DNA of 49,311 nucleotides from an uncultured Thermoanaerobaculia bacterium (GCA_964597585.1 CAZQYU010000002.1:1-49311), one strand, 5' to 3'; positions 1 to 8,943 are shown, numbered from the stretch's first letter. Notes: a model not told the origin generated them from the letters alone. Numbers and translations: made by a program.

Positions 1-250
<250 letters not shown>

Positions 251-268
251 GTCGAGCCTCCAGGACGC

Positions 269-1720
269 TCAGGCCATCGTGGCGAGCAGGTCGCCTGCAC
301 GGCGCAGCCGCCGCCGACAGACCTCGCGGCCGAGCACGGCCATGGTCTCGAACAGGGGCGGACTCGCCGCCCGGCCGGTCACGGCGATCCGCACCGGCAT
401 GAAGAGCTCGCGGGGCGACCACCCGGTCACCTCGCAGTAGCCTCGCAGGACCTCCTCGAGGACCTCCGGGCGCCAGTCGAGGAGCGGGTCGAGGTGGTCC
501 TCCACCAGCCGTTGGAGCGCCGCGGCGGTCTCGACCGCGGTGTGCTTCTTGGCGACCAGACGCGTCCGCGCGTCGGCGTCGTAGTCGAGGTCGCCGACGA
601 AGAAGAACTGCGCGTATGCGAAGAAGTCCTCGAGCGTGTCGATGCGCTCGTGGACCAGGGGCATGACCTGGTGCAGGTAGTCGTCGCCGAGCGGGTCGCG
701 GCGCAGGCGCGCGAGGAACTCGTCCGCGGACAGCCGCCGCAACGTGCGGCCGTTGAACCAGCGCAGCTTGTCGAGGTCGAAGACCGGCCCGCCGAGGCTC
801 ACCTTGTCGAGCCTGAGCTCGGCGACGAACTCGTCGAGGGTGAACTCGTCGCGCTCGTCCGGCATCGTCCAGCCCATGGTGGCGAGGTAGTTGAGCATCG
901 CCTCGGGGAGGTAGCCCGCGCGTCGGTAGTAGTTGAGGCTCACCGGGTTCTTGCGCTTCGAGATTTTGGAGCGGTCGGCATTGCGCAGCAGCGGCAGGTG
1001 GCAGAAGACCGGCTCGTTCCAGCCGAAGGCACGGTACAGCTGGATGTGCTTGGGCAGCGACGAGATCCACTCCTCGGCGCGGATCACGTGGCTGATCGCC
1101 ATCAGGTGGTCGTCGACGACGTTGGCCAGGTGGTAGGTCGGAAACCCGTCCGATTTGAGCAGGACCTGGTCGTCGATGGTGGCGGCGTCGAACCGGATCA
1201 CGCCGCGCAGCAGGTCGCGGACCTCGAGCTCGCCCGTGCGCGGCATTGCCAGGCGGATCACGTACGGCTCGCCTGAGGCCCGCCGTTGTGCGGCCTCGGC
1301 CGCGGGCAGGGCACGGCACAGCCCGTCGTAGCGCGGGTCCTCCTTGCGCTGGCGCTGCGCCTCGCGGAGCTCGTCGAGTCGTTCGCGGGTGCAGAAGCAC
1401 GGGTACGCCGCCCCGCGTTCGACGAGGCGCTCGACGTGCTCGCGGTAGACCGCCGTGCGCTCGCTCTGGCGGTAGGGGCCGTGCGGCCCGCCGACGTCGG
1501 GGCCCTCGTCCCACTGGAGCCCGAGCCACGCCAGCGCCTCGAAGATCATGTGCTCGCTGGCCGCGTTCGAGCGCTGCTGGTCGGTGTCCTCGACACGGAG
1601 GATGAACCGGCCGCCGTGCTGGCGGGCGAAAGCGTAGTTGAAGAGCGCGACGTAGGCGGTGCCGACGTGGGGGTCACCGGTCGGGCTCGGCGCGATCCGG
1701 GTCCGGACGTCTGATGCCAT
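269..1720 (-). CDS. gltX: Glutamyl-tRNA synthetase
   Basis: ORF 269..2059 trimmed to ATG 1720 (MASDVRTRIAPSPTGDPHVGTAYVALFNYAFARQHGGRFILRVEDTDQQRS...). It has the class I HIGH-type motif and a KISKRK (KMSKS-type) loop. A GGAGAAG SD lies just upstream. The longer ORF would read through two tRNA genes. Confidence 0.95.
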   Translation of the reverse strand: MASDVRTRIAPSPTGDPHVGTAYVALFNYAFARQHGGRFILRVEDTDQQRSNAASEHMIFEALAWLGLQWDEGPDVGGPHGPYRQSERTAVYREHVERLVERGAAYPCFCTRERLDELREAQRQRKEDPRYDGLCRALPAAEAAQRRASGEPYVIRLAMPRTGELEVRDLLRGVIRFDAATIDDQVLLKSDGFPTYHLANVVDDHLMAISHVIRAEEWISSLPKHIQLYRAFGWNEPVFCHLPLLRNADRSKISKRKNPVSLNYYRRAGYLPEAMLNYLATMGWTMPDERDEFTLDEFVAELRLDKVSLGGPVFDLDKLRWFNGRTLRRLSADEFLARLRRDPLGDDYLHQVMPLVHERIDTLEDFFAYAQFFFVGDLDYDADARTRLVAKKHTAVETAAALQRLVEDHLDPLLDWRPEVLEEVLRGYCEVTGWSPRELFMPVRIAVTGRAASPPLFETMAVLGREVCRRRLRRAGDLLATMA

Positions 1721-1731
1721 CGGCTTCTCCG

Positions 1732-1756
1732 AGAAAACGCCGCCCGGCGGGCGGCG
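1732..1756 (-). terminator. Intrinsic-terminator-like hairpin between tRNA-Ser(GCU) and the gltX start
   Basis: The minus-strand RNA reads CGCCGCCC-GCC-GGGCGGCG (8-bp all-GC stem, 3-nt loop), followed directly by UUUUCU, then the SD GGAGAAG and AUG. Confidence 0.55.
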
Positions 1757-1767
1757 CGGGTTTCGGC

Positions 1768-1859
<92 letters not shown>

Positions 1860-1873
1860 GGTCTGGGAGCGGT

Positions 1874-1904
1874 ATTGTACGGTCGGCAGGCGCGGCTGTA
1901 AAGT
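1874..1904. promoter_or_regulatory. Back-to-back overlapping sigma70-like promoters for the two divergent tRNA-Ser genes
   Basis: Plus strand: TTGTAC (1875-1880), 18 nt, TAAAGT (1899-1904), ending 10 nt before the tRNA-Ser(UGA) 5' end. Minus strand: TTTACA (1902-1897), 17 nt, TACAAT (1879-1874), ending 14 nt before the tRNA-Ser(GCU) 5' end. Confidence 0.55.
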
Positions 1905-1914
1905 GGCGTCGACC

Positions 1915-2002
1915 GGAGGGATGGCCGAGTGGTCGAAGGCGGCGGTCTTGAAAACCGCTGAGGTTCACGCCTCCGTGGGTTCGAATCCCACTCCCTCCGC
2001 CA
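1915..2002 (+). tRNA. tRNA-Ser (anticodon UGA), CCA encoded
   Basis: GGAGGGATGGCCGAGTGGTCGAAGGCGGCGGTCTTGAAAACCGCTGAGGTTCACGCCTCCGTGGGTTCGAATCCCACTCCCTCCGCCA. Acceptor stem is GGAGGGA/TCCCTCC and the anticodon loop is CU-UGA-AA. It has a long variable arm and a canonical T-loop. Confidence 0.93.
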
Positions 2003-2003
2003 T

Positions 2004-2044
2004 CCGGCCACCCGGGCGACGGACGACGTCGCCCGGGTGGCCGG
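2004..2044. terminator. 18-bp perfect GC-rich hairpin between the convergent tRNA-Ser(UGA) and lptD
   Basis: CCGGCCACCCGGGCGACG - GACGA - CGTCGCCCGGGTGGCCGG. The arms are perfect, with no clear U-tract on either strand. Confidence 0.5.
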
Positions 2045-2077
2045 ACGGCGGAAGCTCATGACGCCAATGGCCCAAGG

Positions 2078-4195
2078 CTATTGGCCCAGTGAGCTAAAGC
2101 CTCCCTGGATGTCGAGCAGCTTGCCGATGCCCTTGAAGTCGACAGTGATGCGGTAGTCCCGAGTCGGGTACGCGCTGGCCCTCAGGTCGCGGTACTCCAG
2201 CGCCACCCCCCAGCAGCTCCCCTGGTAGGAGAGCTGCGCGTGCTGCTGCAGGAACTGCCCCTTGTCGATGTCGTAGGCGACGTGCAGGTCGAGGCGGACC
2301 GGCTTCCCGTGACCGCCGACACCCAGTGCCGCGCGCACCTGGGAGCTGGTGCGATCCCCGGTCGCCGGCGAGAAGGCCTGGTACCACGTGAGGTTGAAGG
2401 CGTTGGCCTTGCGCGTCACCGAGGCGGACAGAGAGGTCGACCGCAGGCTCGAGAAGAGGGTGTCGTAGCTCGCCCGCGCGTCCACGGAGAGCGCTGACGA
2501 GGGGTTGAGCCGAAGGGTCGCGCCGAGCGGACCGCGCTGGCTCGTCACCGTTCCGTCGGAGCTCCGGTTGAGGGGGTTGTCGAAGGAGTAGTCCTGGAAG
2601 AGCTCGAGGCTGCCGATCTCGCGCGCGCTGGAACCCTCGCCGGCACGGCCGAAGAGGCGGTTGGCGAGGGTGACCCGGGCGACGTTGGCGACCGGAGAAG
2701 AGTCGACCTCGTCAAAGACCGGAATCTGGCTGGTGTCGCCGGAGTCGGACACGTACCTGTAGTCGATCCGCGGCTCGATGAGATGTTTGAGCTTGGTGAA
2801 GGAACCCAGAGAGGTCGAGAAGATGCGCGAGAACGAAGGACCGACCAGGGCAACGCCGCCCTCGACGTAGCTGCGATCGATCGACTCCGGCTCGAAGGAC
2901 TGGCGGTCGGCGGTGTACCGTTTGGTGTAGTAGGTGGCTCGCGCCCCGAGATTGGGCGTCAACGACAACCACGACGGACCGGGCAGGGTGTAGGACACGG
3001 ACGGGAACGCGTCGATACGGCCGTAGGTCGCCTTGAGGTCACCACCACGGTCGACGTTGAACAGGTTCGCCGAGGACACCAACGACCAGTACAGCGAGGA
3101 GAGGCCGATTCGGGTCGGCCGCACCCGCAGCTCGACTTCCGGCAACTGGTGGAGCTTCACGTTGTTGGTGCTGAGGAAGGTCACCCGTCGGTCGGACCTT
3201 ATGTTGAGGGCGTAAGGACCCCAGGAACGGGTCAGGTAGAGGTAGGAGTAGCTGTCGCGTCGGGCGTTCTGGTCGAACGAGCGCTCGAACTCCTGGAAGA
3301 AGTCGATGTCCGAGATCTCATCGACCTCGGCCAACATCCTGAATCCCATCAGGTCGGCCTGTTGGTGCTTGCCGGTGAACTTCCACTGCCACAGTCCGGT
3401 GGTGCGGTCACGAATCGTATAGCCGGTGATCTCCCCGCGCGCGTCGGCTGCCGGCGCCCACCGCCACTCGTTGCCGATCCCGAAGTCGCCCTTGCTGAAC
3501 AGGTCGAGGTACACGGTGCTGTCGTAGGAGCGCCCGAGCGCGAGGTAGAGGGCGTTGCCGAGGTAGCCGCCGCGTCGCTGCGAGTAGCCGAAAGAGGGCA
3601 CCAGGAGTCCCGTGGTGCGGTCCATCTTGACCGGCCACACGAGATAGGGAAGGTAGAACACGGGCACGTTCTGGATCCGAACCGCGGTGCCGTAAAAGTA
3701 GCCGTATCCCTCTTCCTCGATGAGCGCCGTCGAGGTGCGGAACTCCCACGGGGTGTGCTCGGACGGCTCGCAGGTGGTGAAGGTGCCGTCTTCGAGGCGG
3801 TAGTGGGTGTCGTCGAGCTTCTCCATCCGCGCTCCGGTGAAGCTGTAGGAGGGCGGCATGAACGCGGTGGCGTTGAGGAACACACCGGTCTTGGTGCGCA
3901 GATTGAACCGGACCTCGTCGGCGGTGAGCTTCTTCTTGCCCTGCTCCATGGTCACGCCGCCCTGGGCGACCAGGTCCATGGTCGAGCGGTTGAGCTCCAT
4001 CTCCTCGCAACGGATGGAGATGTCCTGGTAGGTGATGTGTACATCGCCGACGCCGCGCCAGGTGTCGTCGACCCACTCCTGGGAGTCCGCCGCGACGCTG
4101 ATCTGCTCGTCTGCCGCAGGAGCCGCCGTCGGTGGCGCGGCGCGGGCTGCCGGACTCGGCAGCACGAGGAGGGCGGCGAGGAGCAGCCGGCGCAA
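2078..4195 (-). CDS. lptD: LPS-assembly outer-membrane protein LptD (OstA family)
   Basis: 705 aa with a signal peptide (MRRLLLAALLVLPSPAARAAP). The N-terminal region is OstA-like (GDVHITYQDISIRCEEMELNRSTMDLVAQGGVTMEQGKKKLTADEVRFNLRTKTG). It is followed by a long beta-strand-rich, aromatic-rich region typical of the LptD barrel. Confidence 0.75.
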   Translation of the reverse strand: MRRLLLAALLVLPSPAARAAPPTAAPAADEQISVAADSQEWVDDTWRGVGDVHITYQDISIRCEEMELNRSTMDLVAQGGVTMEQGKKKLTADEVRFNLRTKTGVFLNATAFMPPSYSFTGARMEKLDDTHYRLEDGTFTTCEPSEHTPWEFRTSTALIEEEGYGYFYGTAVRIQNVPVFYLPYLVWPVKMDRTTGLLVPSFGYSQRRGGYLGNALYLALGRSYDSTVYLDLFSKGDFGIGNEWRWAPAADARGEITGYTIRDRTTGLWQWKFTGKHQQADLMGFRMLAEVDEISDIDFFQEFERSFDQNARRDSYSYLYLTRSWGPYALNIRSDRRVTFLSTNNVKLHQLPEVELRVRPTRIGLSSLYWSLVSSANLFNVDRGGDLKATYGRIDAFPSVSYTLPGPSWLSLTPNLGARATYYTKRYTADRQSFEPESIDRSYVEGGVALVGPSFSRIFSTSLGSFTKLKHLIEPRIDYRYVSDSGDTSQIPVFDEVDSSPVANVARVTLANRLFGRAGEGSSAREIGSLELFQDYSFDNPLNRSSDGTVTSQRGPLGATLRLNPSSALSVDARASYDTLFSSLRSTSLSASVTRKANAFNLTWYQAFSPATGDRTSSQVRAALGVGGHGKPVRLDLHVAYDIDKGQFLQQHAQLSYQGSCWGVALEYRDLRASAYPTRDYRITVDFKGIGKLLDIQGGFSSLGQ

Positions 4196-4205
4196 GAGCC
4201 CTCGT

Positions 4206-5387
4206 TCAGGCGAGCCGTTCGACGATCATCGCCGCGGCCTCGCCGCCACCGATGCAGATGGCGGCGCAGCCCAATCGGGCATTGCGTTGCGCCAGTGCGT
4301 GCAGCAGGGTGGTCAGGATGCGGGCGCCCGAGGCCCCGATCGGGTGCCCCATGGCGACCGCACCACCGTGGACATTGACCCGCTCGAGGGGCAGCCCGAG
4401 GTCGTGCATGGTGGCCATTGCCACCGCCGCGAAGGCCTCGTTGATCTCGTACAGCTCGATCTCGTCGAGGCCGAGCCCGGCACGTTCGGCAACCTTGCGG
4501 ATCGCCCCGATCGGGGCGGTCGTGAACCACTCGGGCTCCTGAGCCACCGACCCCTGGGCGACGATGCGGGCGACCGGCTTGACGCCGAGCTCTGCCGCCC
4601 GCTCGGCGGAGGCCACCACCAGGGCTGCGGCGCCGTCGTTGATCTTCGAGGCGTTGGCCGCAGTCACGGTGCCGTCCTTCTCGAACGCGGGGCGGAGCTT
4701 CGGCATCTTGGCGAGATCTGAGCGGTATGGCTCCTCGTCACGGTCGACCACGGTCACCTCGCCTTTGCGGGCAGGGACCTCGACGGGCACGATCTCCGCG
4801 GCGAAGAGGCCGTCCTCGGTCGCTGACCGCGCGCGTTCGTAGGACAGCCGGGCGAACTCGTCCTGTGCCTCGCGCGTGAAACCGTAGTGACGCACGCAGG
4901 TCTCTGCGCAGTTGCCCATGTGCTTGTCGCCGTACGGGTCCCAGAGTCCGTCGAAGACCATGTGGTCGAGGACCTGGCCGGTCCCCATGCGGTAGCCGGT
5001 CCGGCCCTGGGGCAGCAGGTACGGCGCCAAGGACATCGACTCCATGCCTCCGGCGACGGCGAGGTCGTACTCGCCGCAGCGAATGTCGTTGGCCGCGTAC
5101 ATCACCGCCTTGAGGCCGGAGCCGCAGACCTTGTGGACCGTCACCGCACCGGCGGCGTAGGGGACACCGGCGAAGACACCCGCCTGTCGCGCCGGAGCTT
5201 GGCCGATGCCGGCCTGCAGGACGTTGCCCATCACCACCTGCTCGACGTTCTCGGCGGAAACCCCGGCGCGGGCCAGCGCGGCGCGGATGGCGGCCGCACC
5301 GAGACGCGGTGCCGGCACCGTCGCGAGTGCACCGAGGAACGAGCCGATCGGCGTGCGGGCGGATGACAGGATGACGATCTCCCTCAT
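4206..5387 (-). CDS. Acetyl-CoA C-acetyltransferase (thiolase II)
   Basis: ORF 4206..5909 trimmed to ATG 5387 behind a GGAGGC SD. Sequence reads MREIVILSSARTPIGSFLGAL...VHKVCGSGLKAV...NASKINDGAAALVV...GGGEAAAMIVERL. The thiolase active-site Cys blocks are present. Confidence 0.92.
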   Translation of the reverse strand: MREIVILSSARTPIGSFLGALATVPAPRLGAAAIRAALARAGVSAENVEQVVMGNVLQAGIGQAPARQAGVFAGVPYAAGAVTVHKVCGSGLKAVMYAANDIRCGEYDLAVAGGMESMSLAPYLLPQGRTGYRMGTGQVLDHMVFDGLWDPYGDKHMGNCAETCVRHYGFTREAQDEFARLSYERARSATEDGLFAAEIVPVEVPARKGEVTVVDRDEEPYRSDLAKMPKLRPAFEKDGTVTAANASKINDGAAALVVASAERAAELGVKPVARIVAQGSVAQEPEWFTTAPIGAIRKVAERAGLGLDEIELYEINEAFAAVAMATMHDLGLPLERVNVHGGAVAMGHPIGASGARILTTLLHALAQRNARLGCAAICIGGGEAAAMIVERLA

Positions 5388-5474
5388 GTGGCCTCCGGTG
5401 CCGTGTTGTGACGGCGCAGCCTGTATTGTAGCCCCCGTCGTCGCCGGCCGGCCCCGGACCGTTAGAATGACGAA

Positions 5475-5870
5475 GTGCGATACCTCGGCGTCGATCCCGG
5501 CGGACGGCGTCTCGGGCTTGCGGTCGGCGACGACGGCACCGGGGTGGTGACCCCGCTCGAGACGGTCGAGGTGACCGGTGTCCAGTCGGCCGCCGGGGTC
5601 GTCGCAGCAGCGGCGACCCGTCACCGTGCGGCGCGGGTGGTGATTGGCCTGCCGGTGGCGGCTGACGGCTCCCGCACTCCCGCCTGCCGCCGCTCCGAGG
5701 CCCTCGCGGAGACCCTTGCCGCACTCGGTTTCGACGTGGTGCTCGCCCCGGAGCACCTGTCGACAGACGAGGCCCGGCGCCGCGCCCGCGAGGCCGGACT
5801 CCCGCGCGGACGTGCGATCGACCACCTTGCAGCGGCGGTCTTGCTCGAGGATCACATGGGCGGGCGTTGA
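5475..5870 (+). CDS. ruvX: YqgF/RuvX-family putative Holliday junction resolvase / pre-16S rRNA nuclease
   Basis: 131 aa, MRYLGVDPGGRRLGLAVGD...VVIGLPVAADGSRTPACRRSEALAETL...STDEARRR. Both the pattern and the conserved ruvX-mltG adjacency fit. It has a 4-nt overlap with mltG. Confidence 0.85.
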   Translation: MRYLGVDPGGRRLGLAVGDDGTGVVTPLETVEVTGVQSAAGVVAAAATRHRAARVVIGLPVAADGSRTPACRRSEALAETLAALGFDVVLAPEHLSTDEARRRAREAGLPRGRAIDHLAAAVLLEDHMGGR

Positions 5871-6868
5871 TGCGACGTCGTCTGCTGATCGTCTCCGCCG
5901 TCGCCACATTCGTGGCGGTCGCCGCCGCGGCTGCGCTCTCCGGCTGGACGCTACTTCGCCCAGGGCCGGACCGCGAGGTTGTCCTGGAGGTCCCCGAGGG
6001 CGCGAGTGTCGGCGAGGTGCTGGCCGCCGCCGGGCGCTCTGACCTGCTGCCCTCCGTTCTCGCCGCGCGGGCCTGGTGGCGGCTGGTCGCTGGCGGGCGC
6101 CCGATCCGATGGGGCCGTTACACCGTCCCGCCGGGGACCCGGCCGGTCGATCTCCTCCGGCGCCTGGTCGGCGGTGTGGTCGACCAGATCACGGTCACGG
6201 TGATCGAGGGCTCGACGGTCGAGGACGTCGGCGATCGCATGACGGCCGCCGGGATCGGCGACGCCCAAGCCTGGCGGACCGTCGCCGCCAACACATCCTG
6301 GATCGCCGACCTCGCGCCACGGGCGCCGTCGCTGGAAGGTTTCCTGTTTCCAGACACCTACCGCTTCGCCGTCGGGACGCCGCCGAGCACCGCTGCGCAC
6401 CACCTGGTCGATCACTTCCGGACCGTGTGGAGCGAGCTGGTGTCGGGGGAACGTCCGTGGGCCTCCGCACTCGAGATCGTGACCCTCGCCTCACTGGTTG
6501 AAGCGGAAACCAACCTTCCCGAGGAGCGCTCCCGGATTGCGGGCGTGTTCGTCAACCGGCTGCGTCGTGGCATGCTGCTGCAGTGCGATCCGACGGTCGT
6601 GTATGCGCTGCGTCGGCTCGGACGCTGGACTGGCCGTCTCCGGCACGTCGACCTCGAGGTCGACCATCCCTACAACACCTACCGGTTTCCCGGTCTGCCG
6701 CCGGGGCCGATCAACTCACCAGGTCGGGCAGCGCTCCAAGCGGCGCTCCATCCGATGGCCACCGAGGACCTCTACTTCGTCGCCCGTCCGGACGGTGGTC
6801 ACACCTTCTCGCGAACCCTCCGGGAGCACAACCTGGCCGTCGTCCGTCTGCGGCGCGCCGCGCGTTGA
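5867..6868 (+). CDS. mltG: Endolytic murein transglycosylase MltG (YceG family)
   Basis: 333 aa with an N-terminal TM segment. Motifs present: FLFPDTYRF, LASLVEAETNLPEERSRIAGVFVNRL, LQCDPTVVYAL, YNTYRFPGLPPGPINSPG, LYFVARPDGGHTFSRTLREHN. Confidence 0.93.
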   Translation: MMRRRLLIVSAVATFVAVAAAAALSGWTLLRPGPDREVVLEVPEGASVGEVLAAAGRSDLLPSVLAARAWWRLVAGGRPIRWGRYTVPPGTRPVDLLRRLVGGVVDQITVTVIEGSTVEDVGDRMTAAGIGDAQAWRTVAANTSWIADLAPRAPSLEGFLFPDTYRFAVGTPPSTAAHHLVDHFRTVWSELVSGERPWASALEIVTLASLVEAETNLPEERSRIAGVFVNRLRRGMLLQCDPTVVYALRRLGRWTGRLRHVDLEVDHPYNTYRFPGLPPGPINSPGRAALQAALHPMATEDLYFVARPDGGHTFSRTLREHNLAVVRLRRAAR

Positions 6869-6912
6869 CCGGCCCCTGCCCGAATGGTAGCTTACCTTCG
6901 GGGAGGAGGGTC

Positions 6913-8898
6913 ATGTCTGAGATGTACCCCACGTTCGGCTCCTACATCCTGTTCAAAGAGGTGCTCACAGACGACCTTGGGCACGTGTGGCGGGCCGGCG
7001 AGCTCGATCGAAAGGGTCTCCACCGTACGGTGTGGTTGCGGGTGTTCGACGGCCCACGGGTTCCATCGGCGGAGCTCTCCGATCGGCTCGATGTGGCCAA
7101 CGCCGTTGGCGGTCGCCTCAAGGCAGCGACCATCCCGACAGGGATGCGCTGCTTCAGCGAGGCTGGCACGGTTGCCATGGCCTGGGACTGGAGCTCCGCC
7201 CAGCCTCTCAATCGGGTCTTCCGCGCGGTCGAGGACGAGGGCTTCCCGGTTCCAGTCGACAACTGCCTGTTGATCCTCGAGAAGATCTCTCTCGCCCTCT
7301 CGGCCGCTCTCACGGTCGAGGTCAAAGGTGACGCGCTGGTCCACGGCTTCCTGCATCCCGGGATGGTCATGGTCAGCACCGACGGGGAGGCCCAGGTCGT
7401 CGGTCTCGGCCTCGGCGAGCCACTTCTCGGCCTGCTCGACCACTCAGAATCGAACCCAACCCTCGCCCCGTACCTCGCTCCTGAGGTTGTCATGACCCGC
7501 ACCGCCAGCAAGCGGGCTGACGTGTACTCGCTCGGTGCGCTGCTCTACCAACTGCTCACCAACCGGCCGCTGCCGGTCGAGCCGAAGGAGAGGCCGGCGG
7601 CGCTCGCCGAAGCTCAGCTCGCATTCGACGATCAGCCGATTCCGGCCGACATTCGAGGTCTCCTCGATCGCGCTCTCGCGACACGCCCCGAGGACCGTTT
7701 CAGCTCCGCCGCCGACTTCAAGAAGGAGCTCGACAAGCTGCTCTATGGCGGCGCTTACAGCCCGACCACGTTCAATCTCGCCCTGTTCATGGATCGCCTG
7801 TTCCGCGCCGATGTCGAGCACGAGGAGCAGGAGCGGTCGCGAGAGTCGGCGATCGATCCTGCGCCGTACCTGCGCCCGGAACCCAAGCCCGAACCGCAGG
7901 AGGTCGCACCCCCTCCGACCGCGACTCGCGCCGGAGCCAACCGGGGACTGCGGATTGGCCTCGCGATCGCCGTGGTCGTCGTGATTGCGCTTCTCGCCGT
8001 CCTTTTCGGCCGCGGACCGTCCGCCCCGCCACCAACTCCCACCCCGAGCCCGGAAGAGATCCACGCCCGGCGCGAGGCCCAGCAGCAGCGGATGCAGCAG
8101 CTCGTGCAGGAGCAGCTGCAGCAGATGCTCGCCGAGAGGGAGCAGCAGATCCGCGAGGAGCTGCTCGCCCGTCAGGGCAAGATTGACGAACTGCAGAAGC
8201 GGCTCCACCAGATGGAGCGCCAGGCCAAGGGTGGCGGCGAGAAGAGCAAGAACGCCGAGAAGACGAAGGCCGAACTGCAACGGCAGATCGCCGCCGAGGA
8301 GGCGGCCAAGCGCCAGCAGGAGGCCGCCCTCGAAAAGCAGCGCCAGGAGGCGATCGATGAGGCCAAGCGACGCGCCGCAGAGGCAACACCGGTAGGCGAG
8401 GTCGCCGACCTCCAGCCGACCGTTGCCATGCAGCAGGACTCCCCGGCCGAGCCAACGGCGATCGGCGCCACCACCGCCGCCGCGCCCCCGCTGACCGCCA
8501 TGACGCAGCCGACCGCAGCACCCGTCAAACCCACCGTGGTACCGACAGCCTCCGCCGCGGCGAGCCCAGTCGCGGGCAGGCGGATCTCCGAGAATGCCTT
8601 TGTCCCTGCGCCCGAGTGTGACACGTTGCCGACCGTGCTCAAGGAGCAGGCAGTGGTGTGGCCGCGGCTCGCGATCCTGTCACGTCGCAAGGGCCTCGTC
8701 ATCCTGCAGGCGACGGTGAACGGACGCGGTCAGGTCCAGGACGTGAAGCTGCTGCGCGCCGATCACGAAGGGTTCGGGATTCCCCAGGCCGCCATGGAAG
8801 CCGTCCGGGGCTACGTGTTCAAGCCCGCGACCAAGGACGGCGTCCGGGTCACGTCGACCGCGACGGTCACCGTAGCGTACGCGTTCGCCCGCAACTGA
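6913..8898 (+). CDS. Membrane protein: degenerate Ser/Thr-kinase-like domain, TM helix, coiled coil, TonB C-terminal domain
   Basis: ORF 6583..8898 trimmed to ATG 6913 behind GGGAGGAGGG. Kinase C-lobe motifs are retained (YLAPEV, DVYSLGALLYQLLT, RPEDRFSSAADF), but HRDLKPxN is replaced by HGFLHPGM and DFG by GLG. No Gly-rich loop or VAIK Lys is visible. The TM is GLRIGLAIAVVVVIALLAVLF, followed by a Q/E/K-rich coiled coil. The C-terminus is TonB_C-like (VWPRLAILSRRKGLVILQATVNGRGQVQDVKLL...FKPATKDGVRVTS). Confidence 0.8.
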   Translation: MSEMYPTFGSYILFKEVLTDDLGHVWRAGELDRKGLHRTVWLRVFDGPRVPSAELSDRLDVANAVGGRLKAATIPTGMRCFSEAGTVAMAWDWSSAQPLNRVFRAVEDEGFPVPVDNCLLILEKISLALSAALTVEVKGDALVHGFLHPGMVMVSTDGEAQVVGLGLGEPLLGLLDHSESNPTLAPYLAPEVVMTRTASKRADVYSLGALLYQLLTNRPLPVEPKERPAALAEAQLAFDDQPIPADIRGLLDRALATRPEDRFSSAADFKKELDKLLYGGAYSPTTFNLALFMDRLFRADVEHEEQERSRESAIDPAPYLRPEPKPEPQEVAPPPTATRAGANRGLRIGLAIAVVVVIALLAVLFGRGPSAPPPTPTPSPEEIHARREAQQQRMQQLVQEQLQQMLAEREQQIREELLARQGKIDELQKRLHQMERQAKGGGEKSKNAEKTKAELQRQIAAEEAAKRQQEAALEKQRQEAIDEAKRRAAEATPVGEVADLQPTVAMQQDSPAEPTAIGATTAAAPPLTAMTQPTAAPVKPTVVPTASAAASPVAGRRISENAFVPAPECDTLPTVLKEQAVVWPRLAILSRRKGLVILQATVNGRGQVQDVKLLRADHEGFGIPQAAMEAVRGYVFKPATKDGVRVTSTATVTVAYAFARN

Positions 8899-8919
8899 GC
8901 GATCACGTGACGACCTCTC

Positions 8920-8943
8920 GTCGGCGCCCCATCGGGCGCCGAC
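8920..8943 (+). terminator. Hairpin downstream of the kinase-like/TonB gene
   Basis: GTCGGCGCCC-CATC-GGGCGCCGAC is a 10-bp perfect stem, 22 nt after the stop codon. It is followed by ACGGTTGT, a weak U-tract. Confidence 0.45.
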
